64,000 nucleotides of DNA from Promethearchaeota archaeon (GTDB taxonomy: Archaea; Asgardarchaeota; Lokiarchaeia; Sigyniarchaeales; SOKP01): contig RDOA01000003.1 in the NCBI GenBank assembly GCA_011364925.1, positions 72,924-136,923 of the forward strand, read 5' to 3'. Numbering within the stretch: the first letter of the stretch is position 1; each line of letters opens with the position of its first letter. This document shows, piece after piece, positions 1 to 8,765 of this stretch. A program made the translations under genes and the position numbers. The notes beneath the pieces were generated by a model. That model was not told the origin of the DNA. It made no database searches and was given only the letters and a program-made list of their open reading frames with translations.

Positions 1-180
1 TCTTACTATGCTCTTCAAAAAATGAGTAGTTTCATTAGTAACCTCCAAAAAAATACTGATATTTGGAATAAATTACTTAGACATTTTCGAGCAAATCAGA
101 CTATTCAATTGAAAGATTTTCCTTTAATCGATTCCTTAATTACAAATACTTTTCTCGCAGGACATACATCTTCGAAATAA
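1..180 (+). CDS. 3' end (last 59 codons) of a further TPR/longin-like family paralog, truncated by the window edge
   Basis: Frame 1 is open from base 1 to TAA at 178-180. The translation SYYALQKMSSFISNLQKNTDIWNKLLRHFRANQTIQLKDFPLIDSLITNTF... aligns with the C-termini of ORFs 932..2626 and 2782..4464. Confidence 0.75.
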   Translation, partial: SYYALQKMSSFISNLQKNTDIWNKLLRHFRANQTIQLKDFPLIDSLITNTFLAGHTSSK

Positions 181-240
181 TTTTTAACTATGTTTTATTG
201 CGTTCGAATTATTCCCAATTTTCAAGCTGTATCATAGAGA

Positions 241-321
241 ATTGAAACTATCGTGAAACTATCGCGAGCTCAATTATAAATGCAACAATACCTCAAAATC
301 TATTTAGTCATCGTAAAGATG
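241..321 (+). promoter_or_regulatory. Conserved promoter/leader cassette, copy A: tandem TGAAACTATCG x2 (243-264), TATA-like ATTATAAA (273-280), conserved leader GTCATCGTAAAGATGAT with ATG at 319
   Basis: Near-identical to 4502-4582 and related to 8064-8161. The spacing from TATA start to the conserved ATG is 46 nt in all three copies. Confidence 0.6.
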
Positions 322-359
322 ATAAAATTGAGATTTCAATAAAAAAGCGGATTCAGAAA

Positions 360-755
360 ATGACTGAAATTAAAAAATTTACAAAAATCGTGCTTATAGT
401 GGATGCTATTCTTTGGTTCATGTTTACGATATTCCTTATATTTATTTTTGATATGACTATGAATCCTGAGGGTTGGACAAACCCCTATCTCCCAAAATTA
501 TTTGGGGGTGTTATTTTTGTATCTGCTATTTTCGCAATTTTAATGCTTCGTAAAAAAGAATGGGAAGAAATTAAACTGTTATTTGCGTATTTTATAGGGT
601 TACTAATATCGACATTATTCTTTGAAGCTACTGTATTTGCTATTGTAGGATTTGCTTTTGGAACTCTAACGATTATGGTACATTCATTTAATATAACAGT
701 AGAGGCTGTACTTCTAGCGCTTGCAATTATCAGCTGGATAAAACAAAGAGTATAA
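360..755 (+). CDS. small integral membrane protein (about 4 hydrophobic helices), unknown function
   Basis: 131-aa ORF with four long hydrophobic segments. It lies downstream of cassette copy A. The antisense ORF 485..760 looks like a shadow ORF. Confidence 0.6.
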   Translation: MTEIKKFTKIVLIVDAILWFMFTIFLIFIFDMTMNPEGWTNPYLPKLFGGVIFVSAIFAILMLRKKEWEEIKLLFAYFIGLLISTLFFEATVFAIVGFAFGTLTIMVHSFNITVEAVLLALAIISWIKQRV

Positions 756-851
756 AGCAAAAATCAAAATTAAATTTAAAAAATTTTTTTCTTTTTTTGA
801 CATTGAATATCCATTCTAATAGGTATTAGAATTTTAATAGCAGATTGGTGA

Positions 852-931
852 ACATTATATTTAAAACCCAATTTAGCTTATATTAGTAATTATATCCAAA
901 AATGTCTTAAATTAAAATGATTTTTGAGTAG
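852..931 (+). promoter_or_regulatory. Promoter/5' region of the TPR-longin gene, duplicated at 2703-2781
   Basis: ACATTATATTTAAAAC...AATTAGCTTATATTAGTAATTATA...GATTTTTGA.TAGATG is shared almost base for base with 2703-2781. TATA-like AATTATAT sits at 888-895, about 44 nt before the ATG. Confidence 0.55.
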
Positions 932-2626
932 ATGTTTTTTCTTAATCCTGAGATTAAAGGTTTGAATTCAGTTAGGCAACTTATGGAAGATGGGAAAATG
1001 CAGAAAGCCTTCCAAATTGTTTTAGAATTAGAACAAGGAGACGATCTTTCTCCCAAAGAATTACTCTCGTGTAAGCTCGTAAAGGCTAATCTATTACGTG
1101 TAATAGGAAATTATCCAGACGCAATTGAAATTGCTAAGGAAATTTTTCGAGAATTTCAAAAACAAGGTGATTTAGTATCATCGTTAGACGCTTTACTTAT
1201 TCAAGCATATACCTATATGATAACGGTTAATTTAACTCAAAGTGAACATCTTATTCCACAGATAGAAAATTTATTCAAAGCAATTAAAGAACCATTATCA
1301 ATAGATCTCAAAGAAAGAGAATCTTTTTTCTTAAGAATAAAAGCTGCTATTCATTCTCTCAAAGGCGAATTTCAACGATCCTTAGAACTTAACAAAAAAG
1401 CTTATGATCTAGCTAAAGAGACTGGAAACACAGTATTGATTGTTGCGAGTCTTAATAATACTGCTAATGATTATTTCCATATGAAAGAATATGACATGGC
1501 AATAATGTATGGTAAACAAGCTATTAAGAATGATAGTCTAAATTTGGCAGTTGCGTACGCTACCTTAATTGAAACTTATGTCAGCAAGGGAGACATTAAA
1601 GAAGCGATAATTTATCTCGATCGTTTGCATGAATTTTCAGAGAATTACGATTCTAAATGGAATAGAACTTTATATTCCCTAAATAAAGCTTTGATATTAA
1701 AATCAAGTCTCCGAGCAAGAGATCGTATTAAAGCAGAAGATCTATTTAAAAAAATAGCTTTGGACAGTACTGTAGCTGGTACAATGCGGATTGATGCGAT
1801 TATATATTTATGCGATTTATACTTAACTGAACTTCGGATAACTCACGACCCAGAAATAATAAACGAGATTCACCCATATATTCAAGAGTTATTAAGTATT
1901 GCTAAAAAACAAGATTCACATTTATATTTAGCCGAAACTCTACTTTTGCAAGCAAAACTTTCACTATTGACTTTAGATATAAAAGAAGCTAAACGATTTT
2001 TAACTCGAGGCCAAAAAGTAGCAGAATCACATGGTATTAAACAACTAGCAATGAGAATCTCAAACGAACACGATTATTTACTCGGTCAAGAAAAACTCTG
2101 GAATAATTTCAAGCAATCAAAAGTTCCTTTCTCTGAACGCTTGGAACTCGCTGGTTTGAATCAACAGATGGATTATATGACAAAAAGGCAAATATTCACT
2201 ATTCCACAACAACCAGACGAGGAACCGGTGCTCCTTTTATTGCTTTCAGAGGGGGGAGTACCCTTTTTCTCCCACACTTTTGTAGAAGATCGATCCTTCA
2301 AATCGCATCTTTTTGGTGGATTTCTAACCACTATTGATTACTTTATTCGAGAAATGTTTTCTGAAGGATTAGATCGAGCAATCTTTGGAGATTACACACT
2401 TGTTATGAAGTCTCTAACACCTTTTTTTGTTTCCTATATATTTAAAGGTAATTCTTATTACGCTCTCCAAAAAACAGATTATTTTATTGAATGTATTAAG
2501 AAAGATGAGCATATATGGGCAAAACTACTAAAATATCTTCAAGCAAACCAGTCAATTCAATTAAAAGACATCCCTCAACTTGATTCTTTGATAATAGAAA
2601 TCTTTATCCCAGAAAAATCTGTATGA
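932..2626 (+). CDS. TPR-repeat protein with a conserved C-terminal longin/roadblock-like alpha/beta domain (family paralog 1)
   Basis: 564-aa ORF. The N-terminal two thirds are helical TPR-like repeats (e.g. LNNTANDYFHMKEYDMAIMYGKQAI). The C-terminal ~130 aa (nt ~2219-2626, EEPVLLLLLSEGGVPFFSHTF...LFGGFLTTIDYFIREMF...AIFGDYTLVMKSL.PFFVSYIFKG...) has a beta-beta-alpha-beta-beta-beta-alpha pattern. Confidence 0.85.
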   Translation: MFFLNPEIKGLNSVRQLMEDGKMQKAFQIVLELEQGDDLSPKELLSCKLVKANLLRVIGNYPDAIEIAKEIFREFQKQGDLVSSLDALLIQAYTYMITVNLTQSEHLIPQIENLFKAIKEPLSIDLKERESFFLRIKAAIHSLKGEFQRSLELNKKAYDLAKETGNTVLIVASLNNTANDYFHMKEYDMAIMYGKQAIKNDSLNLAVAYATLIETYVSKGDIKEAIIYLDRLHEFSENYDSKWNRTLYSLNKALILKSSLRARDRIKAEDLFKKIALDSTVAGTMRIDAIIYLCDLYLTELRITHDPEIINEIHPYIQELLSIAKKQDSHLYLAETLLLQAKLSLLTLDIKEAKRFLTRGQKVAESHGIKQLAMRISNEHDYLLGQEKLWNNFKQSKVPFSERLELAGLNQQMDYMTKRQIFTIPQQPDEEPVLLLLLSEGGVPFFSHTFVEDRSFKSHLFGGFLTTIDYFIREMFSEGLDRAIFGDYTLVMKSLTPFFVSYIFKGNSYYALQKTDYFIECIKKDEHIWAKLLKYLQANQSIQLKDIPQLDSLIIEIFIPEKSV

Positions 2627-2702
2627 TCTCAATTTGATAGAATCTCAAAAAATGTTTTAATAGGGATATGTTCTTTAAAAAATTGAATATAATCATAAGT
2701 TC

Positions 2703-2781
2703 ACATTATATTTAAAACACAAATTAGCTTATATTAGTAATTATAACCAAAAAGTTTTGGTTTAGCGAGATTTTTGATTAG
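2703..2781 (+). promoter_or_regulatory. Duplicated promoter/5' region of the second TPR-longin gene
   Basis: Near-identical to 852-931. AATTATAA sits at 2739-2746, about 43 nt before the ATG at 2782. Confidence 0.55.
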
Positions 2782-4464
2782 ATGATTCATTTTGATGATA
2801 AAGAACTGATTGAAATCAGTCAAATTATAGAAGAGGGCAAACTGAAGGAAGCTTACCAGGCTATTTTAGAATTGGAGCAAAAAGATGATCTATCTAATAA
2901 AGAAAAAATCTCATGTAAACTCATTAAAGCTAATCTTTTCCGAGTTATGGGACAATATTTGGAATCTATTGAATATGCTGAAACAGTTTTTCAAGAATCT
3001 CAAAAAGGAGGAGATATTCTTTCATCTTTCGATGCTTTAACCATTCAAGCGCATTGCTATACATATATGGTTGACATAATTAAAAGTGAAGAACTTTACA
3101 CTCAAGCACAAGAGATATTTAAAATAATAAAAGAAAGATTTTCCATAGATCTAAGGGAGAGAGAATCTTTCTTGGTAAGGATAAAAGCTGGAATTAACTT
3201 TTTTAAGGGAGATATTAAATCTTATATAAAATTAAATGAGGAGGCTTATGACCTCGCAAAAAATACAAAGAGTGAAAACCTAATTGCTTCTAGCCTTAAC
3301 AACCTTGCTCAAGGTTACTTTCATTTAAAAGAATATGACAAAGCCATACAGTATGCTAAAGAAGCCGTTAAGATTGGAAAATCTTTTACTTTAGCTTATG
3401 CATTAGGAACATTAATTGATATATATCTCGGGATGGGCGATATTAACGAAGCAAAAGCTAATCTTGGAATCTTTCATGATCATGCCAAAGAACTTGGTAC
3501 TGAAAGATACAAAACTCTCTATAATTACTCTAAAGCATCAGTTTTAAAAGCTAGTCTAAGAGCCAGAGACCGTATCAAATCTGAAGATATCTTCCTGAGT
3601 ATTGCATTGGATCATGCAAGACCTAGCGAACAAAGGATTGATGCGATTCTTAGTTTATGTGATTTATACATAACTGAACTTCGGATAACTAATGACCCCG
3701 AAATAATAAACGAGATTCACCCATATATTCAAGAATTGTTAAATATTGCTAAAAAACAACATTCACGTTTATATTTAGCCGAAACATTACTTTTGCAAGC
3801 AAAACTTTCACTACTAACTTTAGATATAAAAGAAACTAAACGATTTTTAAATCAAGGTCAAAAAATAGCAGAATTGTACGGTATTAAACAACTGGCAATG
3901 AGAATCTCAAATGAACATGATAATTTACTCAGTCAAGAAAAAATTTGGGAGAATTTCAAGCAATCAAAAGTACCCTTCTCCGAACGTTTGGAACTCGCCG
4001 GTTTGAATCAACAGATGGATTATATGACGAGAAGGCGAATATCTGTTATCCCACAACAACCCGGCGAGGAACCAGTGCTGCTTTTATTGCTTTCAGAGGG
4101 AGGAGTCCCTTTTTTCTCATACACATTTGGAGAAGATCGATCCTTTAAATCGCATCTTTTTGGTGGATTTTTAACCACTATCGATTACTTTATTCGAGAA
4201 ATGTTTTCTGAAGGATTAGATCGCGCAATCTTTGGAGATTACACTCTTGTCATGAAGTCTGTGACGCCATTTTTCGTTTCCTATATATTTAAAGGCAATT
4301 CTTATTACGCTCTCCAGAAAGCGGATAATTTTATTGATACTATTAAAAACAACGAGCAACTTTGGAAAAAGCTGCTTAAATATTTTCAAGCGAACCAAGC
4401 AATTCAATTAAATGACATCCCTCAACTTGATTCTCTAATAAATGAGGTCTTTATAACAAAATAA
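2782..4464 (+). CDS. TPR-repeat protein with C-terminal longin/roadblock-like domain (paralog 2, tandem duplicate of 932..2626)
   Basis: 560-aa ORF colinear with 932..2626. The 3' ~800 nt are about 90% identical at the nucleotide level by hand alignment, while the 5' half is much more diverged. Confidence 0.85.
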   Translation: MIHFDDKELIEISQIIEEGKLKEAYQAILELEQKDDLSNKEKISCKLIKANLFRVMGQYLESIEYAETVFQESQKGGDILSSFDALTIQAHCYTYMVDIIKSEELYTQAQEIFKIIKERFSIDLRERESFLVRIKAGINFFKGDIKSYIKLNEEAYDLAKNTKSENLIASSLNNLAQGYFHLKEYDKAIQYAKEAVKIGKSFTLAYALGTLIDIYLGMGDINEAKANLGIFHDHAKELGTERYKTLYNYSKASVLKASLRARDRIKSEDIFLSIALDHARPSEQRIDAILSLCDLYITELRITNDPEIINEIHPYIQELLNIAKKQHSRLYLAETLLLQAKLSLLTLDIKETKRFLNQGQKIAELYGIKQLAMRISNEHDNLLSQEKIWENFKQSKVPFSERLELAGLNQQMDYMTRRRISVIPQQPGEEPVLLLLLSEGGVPFFSYTFGEDRSFKSHLFGGFLTTIDYFIREMFSEGLDRAIFGDYTLVMKSVTPFFVSYIFKGNSYYALQKADNFIDTIKNNEQLWKKLLKYFQANQAIQLNDIPQLDSLINEVFITK

Positions 4465-4501
4465 CTTGTTTGATCTCTATTTAGGTAATTGATTAAAAAT
4501 A

Positions 4502-4582
4502 ATTGAAACTATCGCGAAACTATCGATAGCTCAATTATAAATGAGATTTTACCTCCAGATTTAATTAGTCATCGCAAAGATG
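4502..4582 (+). promoter_or_regulatory. Conserved promoter/leader cassette, copy B: GAAACTATCG x2 (4505-4514, 4516-4525), ATTATAAA (4534-4541), leader GTCATCGCAAAGATGAT with ATG at 4580
   Basis: Aligned with copies A and C. Here the conserved ATG is the start of ORF 4580..5332. Confidence 0.65.
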
Positions 4583-5332
4583 ATTACTTTAAATCTAAAC
4601 ACAAGAGAGTTGATAAAAATTAATAGATCAAAAATAGTTAAAAATATAACATTACTTGCGACTATCGGAATTTTACTTCTGGTGTTTTCCACATCAGTGC
4701 AAGGTTGGGGTGGATATAGGAGTCGAATCAATATTAGACCTATAGAGGATTGGAAAGGAGAAGATGTTGTAGGCTGGGCAGATCCAGAATCTGGGTTAGT
4801 TATCCATCCTCAAGCTGTCGAATGGGTCCCCGCTGATCCAGAGAGTCCTAACTTTCCATTTACTCTCTTAGATTGGGAGCGAAAACCCATATGGGAGTGC
4901 GAATATTGGGGAACGATTCTGGAACGAGAATTAGATGATCAAAACACATTAATCTCTATTTATATTTATGTAAAGGAAGTTCCCTTCATGATCTTCACTC
5001 TTACTGGAGCAGATTATATCTATTATCCCCCACTCTATTATGGTGTGATGCAATACTATTTCCAATGCAAGATGCAATTCAATACAGAGTCCCTTTATAA
5101 TATATTTGAAGCTGATGGAAAAATTCCTGCTCTCAATGAAATATTTGGTGCATCCTACGGTTTTTGGCCTTATCCCGAAGAACCAGTTCCACTTGTGACA
5201 TACATGCACATTTTAGGAGTGGGTGAAATAACTGAAGGAGGAGATGGAACTGTATATCTCCATCAACTTGGGATTTTTAACACAGAAATAGGAGATTATG
5301 ATTATCCGTACGAAACGGTAGTCGTTAAGTAG
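4580..5332 (+). CDS. secreted or membrane-anchored protein, unknown function (N-terminal signal/anchor, W/Y/P-rich body)
   Basis: 250-aa ORF. The N-terminus MITLNLNTRELIKINRSKIVKNITLLATIGILLLVFSTSVQG looks like a signal peptide. I recognise no family. Confidence 0.7.
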   Translation: MITLNLNTRELIKINRSKIVKNITLLATIGILLLVFSTSVQGWGGYRSRINIRPIEDWKGEDVVGWADPESGLVIHPQAVEWVPADPESPNFPFTLLDWERKPIWECEYWGTILERELDDQNTLISIYIYVKEVPFMIFTLTGADYIYYPPLYYGVMQYYFQCKMQFNTESLYNIFEADGKIPALNEIFGASYGFWPYPEEPVPLVTYMHILGVGEITEGGDGTVYLHQLGIFNTEIGDYDYPYETVVVK

Positions 5333-5373
5333 AGAGCTTTAGGGCGAGGTTTTATATATTTAAATTACATAAT

Positions 5374-5441
5374 AGAACATGGAGGAATTGGATTAGAAAT
5401 TAAATTTCTACCAATAAACCTCCGTTCTATTTTTTTTTTTT
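5374..5441 (+). terminator. Hairpin plus T11 tract downstream of ORF 4580..5332
   Basis: AGAACATGGAGG (5374-5385) pairs imperfectly with CCTCCGTTCT (5419-5428). An inner palindrome TAGAAATT/AATTTCTA is present, followed by 11 T at 5431-5441. Confidence 0.55.
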
Positions 5442-5534
5442 AATTCCTTAGAAAAGGTAAAATTAATTCAATTGAATAAATATCGAATTCAATTAACTAA
5501 AGTTTTATATTAGGCTATATCTAATTTTACATTA

Positions 5535-6089
5535 ATGACTAATTCTTCTGAATTTGGCTTTAAAATATCTATAATCGGTGATGGCGGGGTTGGTAAGACC
5601 TCCCTAATCAAAAAGTATACAATGGGAACTTTTGAGAAGGATTATGTTAAGACGATAGGTGCTCAATTCTCTAGATATGATCAAGAAATCGATGGAGATC
5701 TAATTAATTTAATATTTTGGGATATCGCAGGTCAGGATGATTTTAAATTCCTGCATCCTTTATTTTATAAAGAGAGCCGAGCTGCTATTATTGTATATAG
5801 TCTTGAAGAAAATGATTTAGGTAATGATAGCTACAAGCATATAATCAATTGGTATAACGAATTAAAGAAATATTGTGGAATTATTCCTGTGGTTATTATT
5901 GCCAATAAAATTGATTTAATTAATCAATCTGAGTTGGATGAGTTTGCAATTCAAAATTTAGTCAAAGAAAATAACTTTCTTGGATATTTTATTACTTCTG
6001 CAAAAACAGGCGAGGGAGTAATAGATGCTTTTAACGCAATTATCAAAAACTTATACTATAAGTATAAAGATTTATCTAGCTCTCAGTAG
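5535..6089 (+). CDS. Rab/Ras-like small GTPase
   Basis: G1 GDGGVGKTS, G2 YVKTIGAQF, G3 WDIAGQ, G4 NKID, G5 TSAKTG. 184 aa, with no C-terminal Cys (no prenylation box). Confidence 0.9.
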   Translation: MTNSSEFGFKISIIGDGGVGKTSLIKKYTMGTFEKDYVKTIGAQFSRYDQEIDGDLINLIFWDIAGQDDFKFLHPLFYKESRAAIIVYSLEENDLGNDSYKHIINWYNELKKYCGIIPVVIIANKIDLINQSELDEFAIQNLVKENNFLGYFITSAKTGEGVIDAFNAIIKNLYYKYKDLSSSQ

Positions 6090-8004
6090 CGTGATTTAAA
6101 GGTATCAAAGATCTATGTTCCTCTATCTCTGCGAGAAAAAGGTCTACAATTGCTAACCATTTATTTTTTGATTCCAAATCGCTTATAATTTTGCTTGTTA
6201 ATTCTTTTCCTCTCTTAAGATTTTGTACAGCTAATTCAAAATTTTCGAGAGCTGTATAACAAATTCCAATTTTGATATAAGTCTGATAGATAAACCAATC
6301 GTTAGAATCAATTTCTATGGCTTTTTGGAATTCATTTATCGCTTCTTCGTATTCTTTAAAGTTTATTAAAATTTCTCCGAATGTATCGTGGAAAATTCCA
6401 TTTTCTGGTTCTTTTTTTACGAGTTCCCGAAGAAGTTCCAATGCTTCTTGTTCTTTATCTAAATAAGATAACCAATACGCTTTATAATTATGAAGCAGAG
6501 TATTGTTTGGATATTTTTCGATTAAATCTTCAATAATTTTTAAGCCTTCTTCTAAGTTTTTATCTTTTTTAAGAGTATAAGCTTTTTTTATCGTAATATC
6601 TATCTCTTTTTTAGGAAATATCTCGAACATGTTTTCTAGTACCATTAAAACATCGTTATACTGATTAAAATAGAGTAAAATTCGTACTTTTGAATTGTAT
6701 AAATCGTAATTCTTTGGACTTAATTCAATTTCATTTTCTATTTCTTTAATTTTCTCTTTGTATTGAGATTCAAATGTTTCAGAATTCTGCGATTGCATTA
6801 TCTCCGTCATGTTCTGCCAAATAATTCCTTCTAGTTTATCGTATGTCTCTACTAATTCTTTTTTTATCTCAATTTTATATGCTAGATATTCCATATACTC
6901 TGGTAAAAATTCTCTTAATGGTTCCTCGAAATCCTTATGAAATAAAAATTGACATACTTCTTCGAGAATATCGTCAATCATCGAATTCATACTTCCTAAT
7001 TCAGCAAATTTTTCTAAATATTTGTTTGCTGCTATATGTTCTTCCGTAATAGCTCGAAGAATTTTCTCTAATTTTTCGTCAAAATGGAAATAGTACCGTT
7101 TCTTGGGGGAAATATCTAAAATAAAAAACTTTAAGTCGTAGAATTCGCTTTCTACAATCTCATGTACCCAATAATCAAGCATTCTCTTCTCTATTTTGTA
7201 AAATCTCGAAAAATCCTCAAAAGATAAGTAATCAGGATAAAAATCGGGATGATTTATTGAAATAAAGAGCAAAATTTTGTAAAAATCCTCCTCATCTTTT
7301 AAGATTGAGTTAACTTTTAAATAATCTAATTTTAAAACCTTATTGAGAAATCTAAATTTTACACGATCGTCAATAATATTGAACTTATCGAAGAAATGCG
7401 ACGCTTTTACAGTGATTTCGTCTATTCGCTTTCTTTCTTCTTCTAAAATTGTTTGTCTGTCTAAATTATAATTTTGTAGAATCCTCGAATATTCTATTTT
7501 CCCTAATTGAGTAATGATATATCTTTTGTTTTCTCTGACGATAAATCCCTTTTGAATTAATAAACTTAGAGTTTTTGATAAAGAGGACTGATTTATAGAG
7601 AAAGGTTTTTCAAGAAAATCAGACCTTTTACAAAACCCATTATTGTACACCATCCAAATAATCCAGTGGGCATAATTTCGCCCTCTCTTCAAAATGACAT
7701 CAGGGGGGAAACTTAGTTTTCGTTCCCTGGTTCTTTCTCTTGATAATTCTTGAAATTTTTGTTCCCCTTCTGGAGTTATCTGGTATTGTCCTCTAGAAAG
7801 TTTCTCTACGAAGCCTTTGAGGATTAATTTTGTTAAATGACGGGAAATTGTAGATATGGGAATTTCAAGCGGTTTTTGTTCGAAATAGGACCATTCACAA
7901 CTTTCATTATTCTTTAACATCCAAAGAATAATATGGTCATAGTTTGGCCTTTTCAGTTTAGAGGAATTAAGAATCTCATCGGAAGGATAATTTATTTTGC
8001 TCAT
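6076..8004 (-). CDS. protein with two N-terminal winged-helix DNA-binding-like domains and C-terminal TPR repeats
   Basis: An internally duplicated N-terminus (ILWMLKNNESCEWSYF...ISRHLTKLILKGFVEK and IIWMVYNNGFCKRSDF...LSKTLSLLIQKGFIVR) resembles MarR/PadR-type wHTH. The C-terminus has TPR-like repeats (AIEIDSNDWFIYQTYIKIGICYTALENFELAV). The 3' end overlaps the GTPase 3' end by 14 bp. Confidence 0.75.
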   Translation of the reverse strand: MSKINYPSDEILNSSKLKRPNYDHIILWMLKNNESCEWSYFEQKPLEIPISTISRHLTKLILKGFVEKLSRGQYQITPEGEQKFQELSRERTRERKLSFPPDVILKRGRNYAHWIIWMVYNNGFCKRSDFLEKPFSINQSSLSKTLSLLIQKGFIVRENKRYIITQLGKIEYSRILQNYNLDRQTILEEERKRIDEITVKASHFFDKFNIIDDRVKFRFLNKVLKLDYLKVNSILKDEEDFYKILLFISINHPDFYPDYLSFEDFSRFYKIEKRMLDYWVHEIVESEFYDLKFFILDISPKKRYYFHFDEKLEKILRAITEEHIAANKYLEKFAELGSMNSMIDDILEEVCQFLFHKDFEEPLREFLPEYMEYLAYKIEIKKELVETYDKLEGIIWQNMTEIMQSQNSETFESQYKEKIKEIENEIELSPKNYDLYNSKVRILLYFNQYNDVLMVLENMFEIFPKKEIDITIKKAYTLKKDKNLEEGLKIIEDLIEKYPNNTLLHNYKAYWLSYLDKEQEALELLRELVKKEPENGIFHDTFGEILINFKEYEEAINEFQKAIEIDSNDWFIYQTYIKIGICYTALENFELAVQNLKRGKELTSKIISDLESKNKWLAIVDLFLAEIEEHRSLIPLNHATES

Positions 8005-8063
8005 GATAGTTGAAAACTTAGTCTTATGATTAATTATGAATATTTATATTTATATCTATTTTT

Positions 8064-8161
8064 CGAAACTTCCACTTTTTTTCGGAATTTCCGTGGAATT
8101 ATCGGAAGCTTAATTATATATGCAAATTTATCTCAAGATTTAATTAATCATCGTAAAGATG
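8064..8161 (+). promoter_or_regulatory. Conserved promoter/leader cassette, copy C (diverged): GGAATTTCCG/GGAATTATCG (8084-8104), ATTATATA (8113-8120), leader ATCATCGTAAAGATGAT with ATG at 8159
   Basis: Same architecture and the same 46-nt TATA-to-ATG spacing as copies A and B. Confidence 0.55.
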
Positions 8162-8192
8162 ATAAAATCTAATATAACTGAAAAAAAAAGAG

Positions 8193-8741
8193 TTGATTAA
8201 AATTAATAGAACAAAATTAGTACCAAAATTAATACTAGTACTCTTAGTATTTACCACTATAACTGGCTTTGCATTTACTTTTGTTGTAGCTAAAGGAGAT
8301 CAAAGGGCAAGTAGATTATCTTTTACAGCTACAGAAACTATGATATGGCCAGATGGTTGGGTTCCTATAGGTGATCCATGGGGTGATGGTAAGTTCATAC
8401 ATCAGATGTACTATAAAAAAGCAATTCTTGATGGCACAATTGAGGAAATAGGGGACTTTTCAGGGTATGATGAATTATATTTGCATGTTAAAATGGACCC
8501 AAATACCTTTGAGGTTATAAGCATTGGTAAAGTAACGATGTATATCTTTTGCGATAACGGACTAGAAGGAACTTTTTATGGATCTGTTATTGCGAAGGGT
8601 ACAGCTGGCTTTGGTCCTTTCGACGGTAAATATACGTTGCAAGGAGCTGGAGGATTTGAAGGAATGAAGCTTTTTGGTATAGTCTGGCTTGAAAGTGGTC
8701 TAGTAAACGGACTTTCTGGTACAATCTTAATCCCAAATTAA
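8193..8741 (+). CDS. secreted protein, unknown function (TTG start as drawn; the conserved ATG at 8159 is out of frame by one base across an A9 tract)
   Basis: 182-aa ORF. The N-terminus (M)IKINRTKLVPKLILVLLVFTTITGFAFTFVVAKG is signal-like and matches ELIKINRSKIV of ORF 4580. Confidence 0.65.
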   Translation: MIKINRTKLVPKLILVLLVFTTITGFAFTFVVAKGDQRASRLSFTATETMIWPDGWVPIGDPWGDGKFIHQMYYKKAILDGTIEEIGDFSGYDELYLHVKMDPNTFEVISIGKVTMYIFCDNGLEGTFYGSVIAKGTAGFGPFDGKYTLQGAGGFEGMKLFGIVWLESGLVNGLSGTILIPN

Positions 8742-8765
8742 AATCAAGAATAAAGGTGAATTCAA

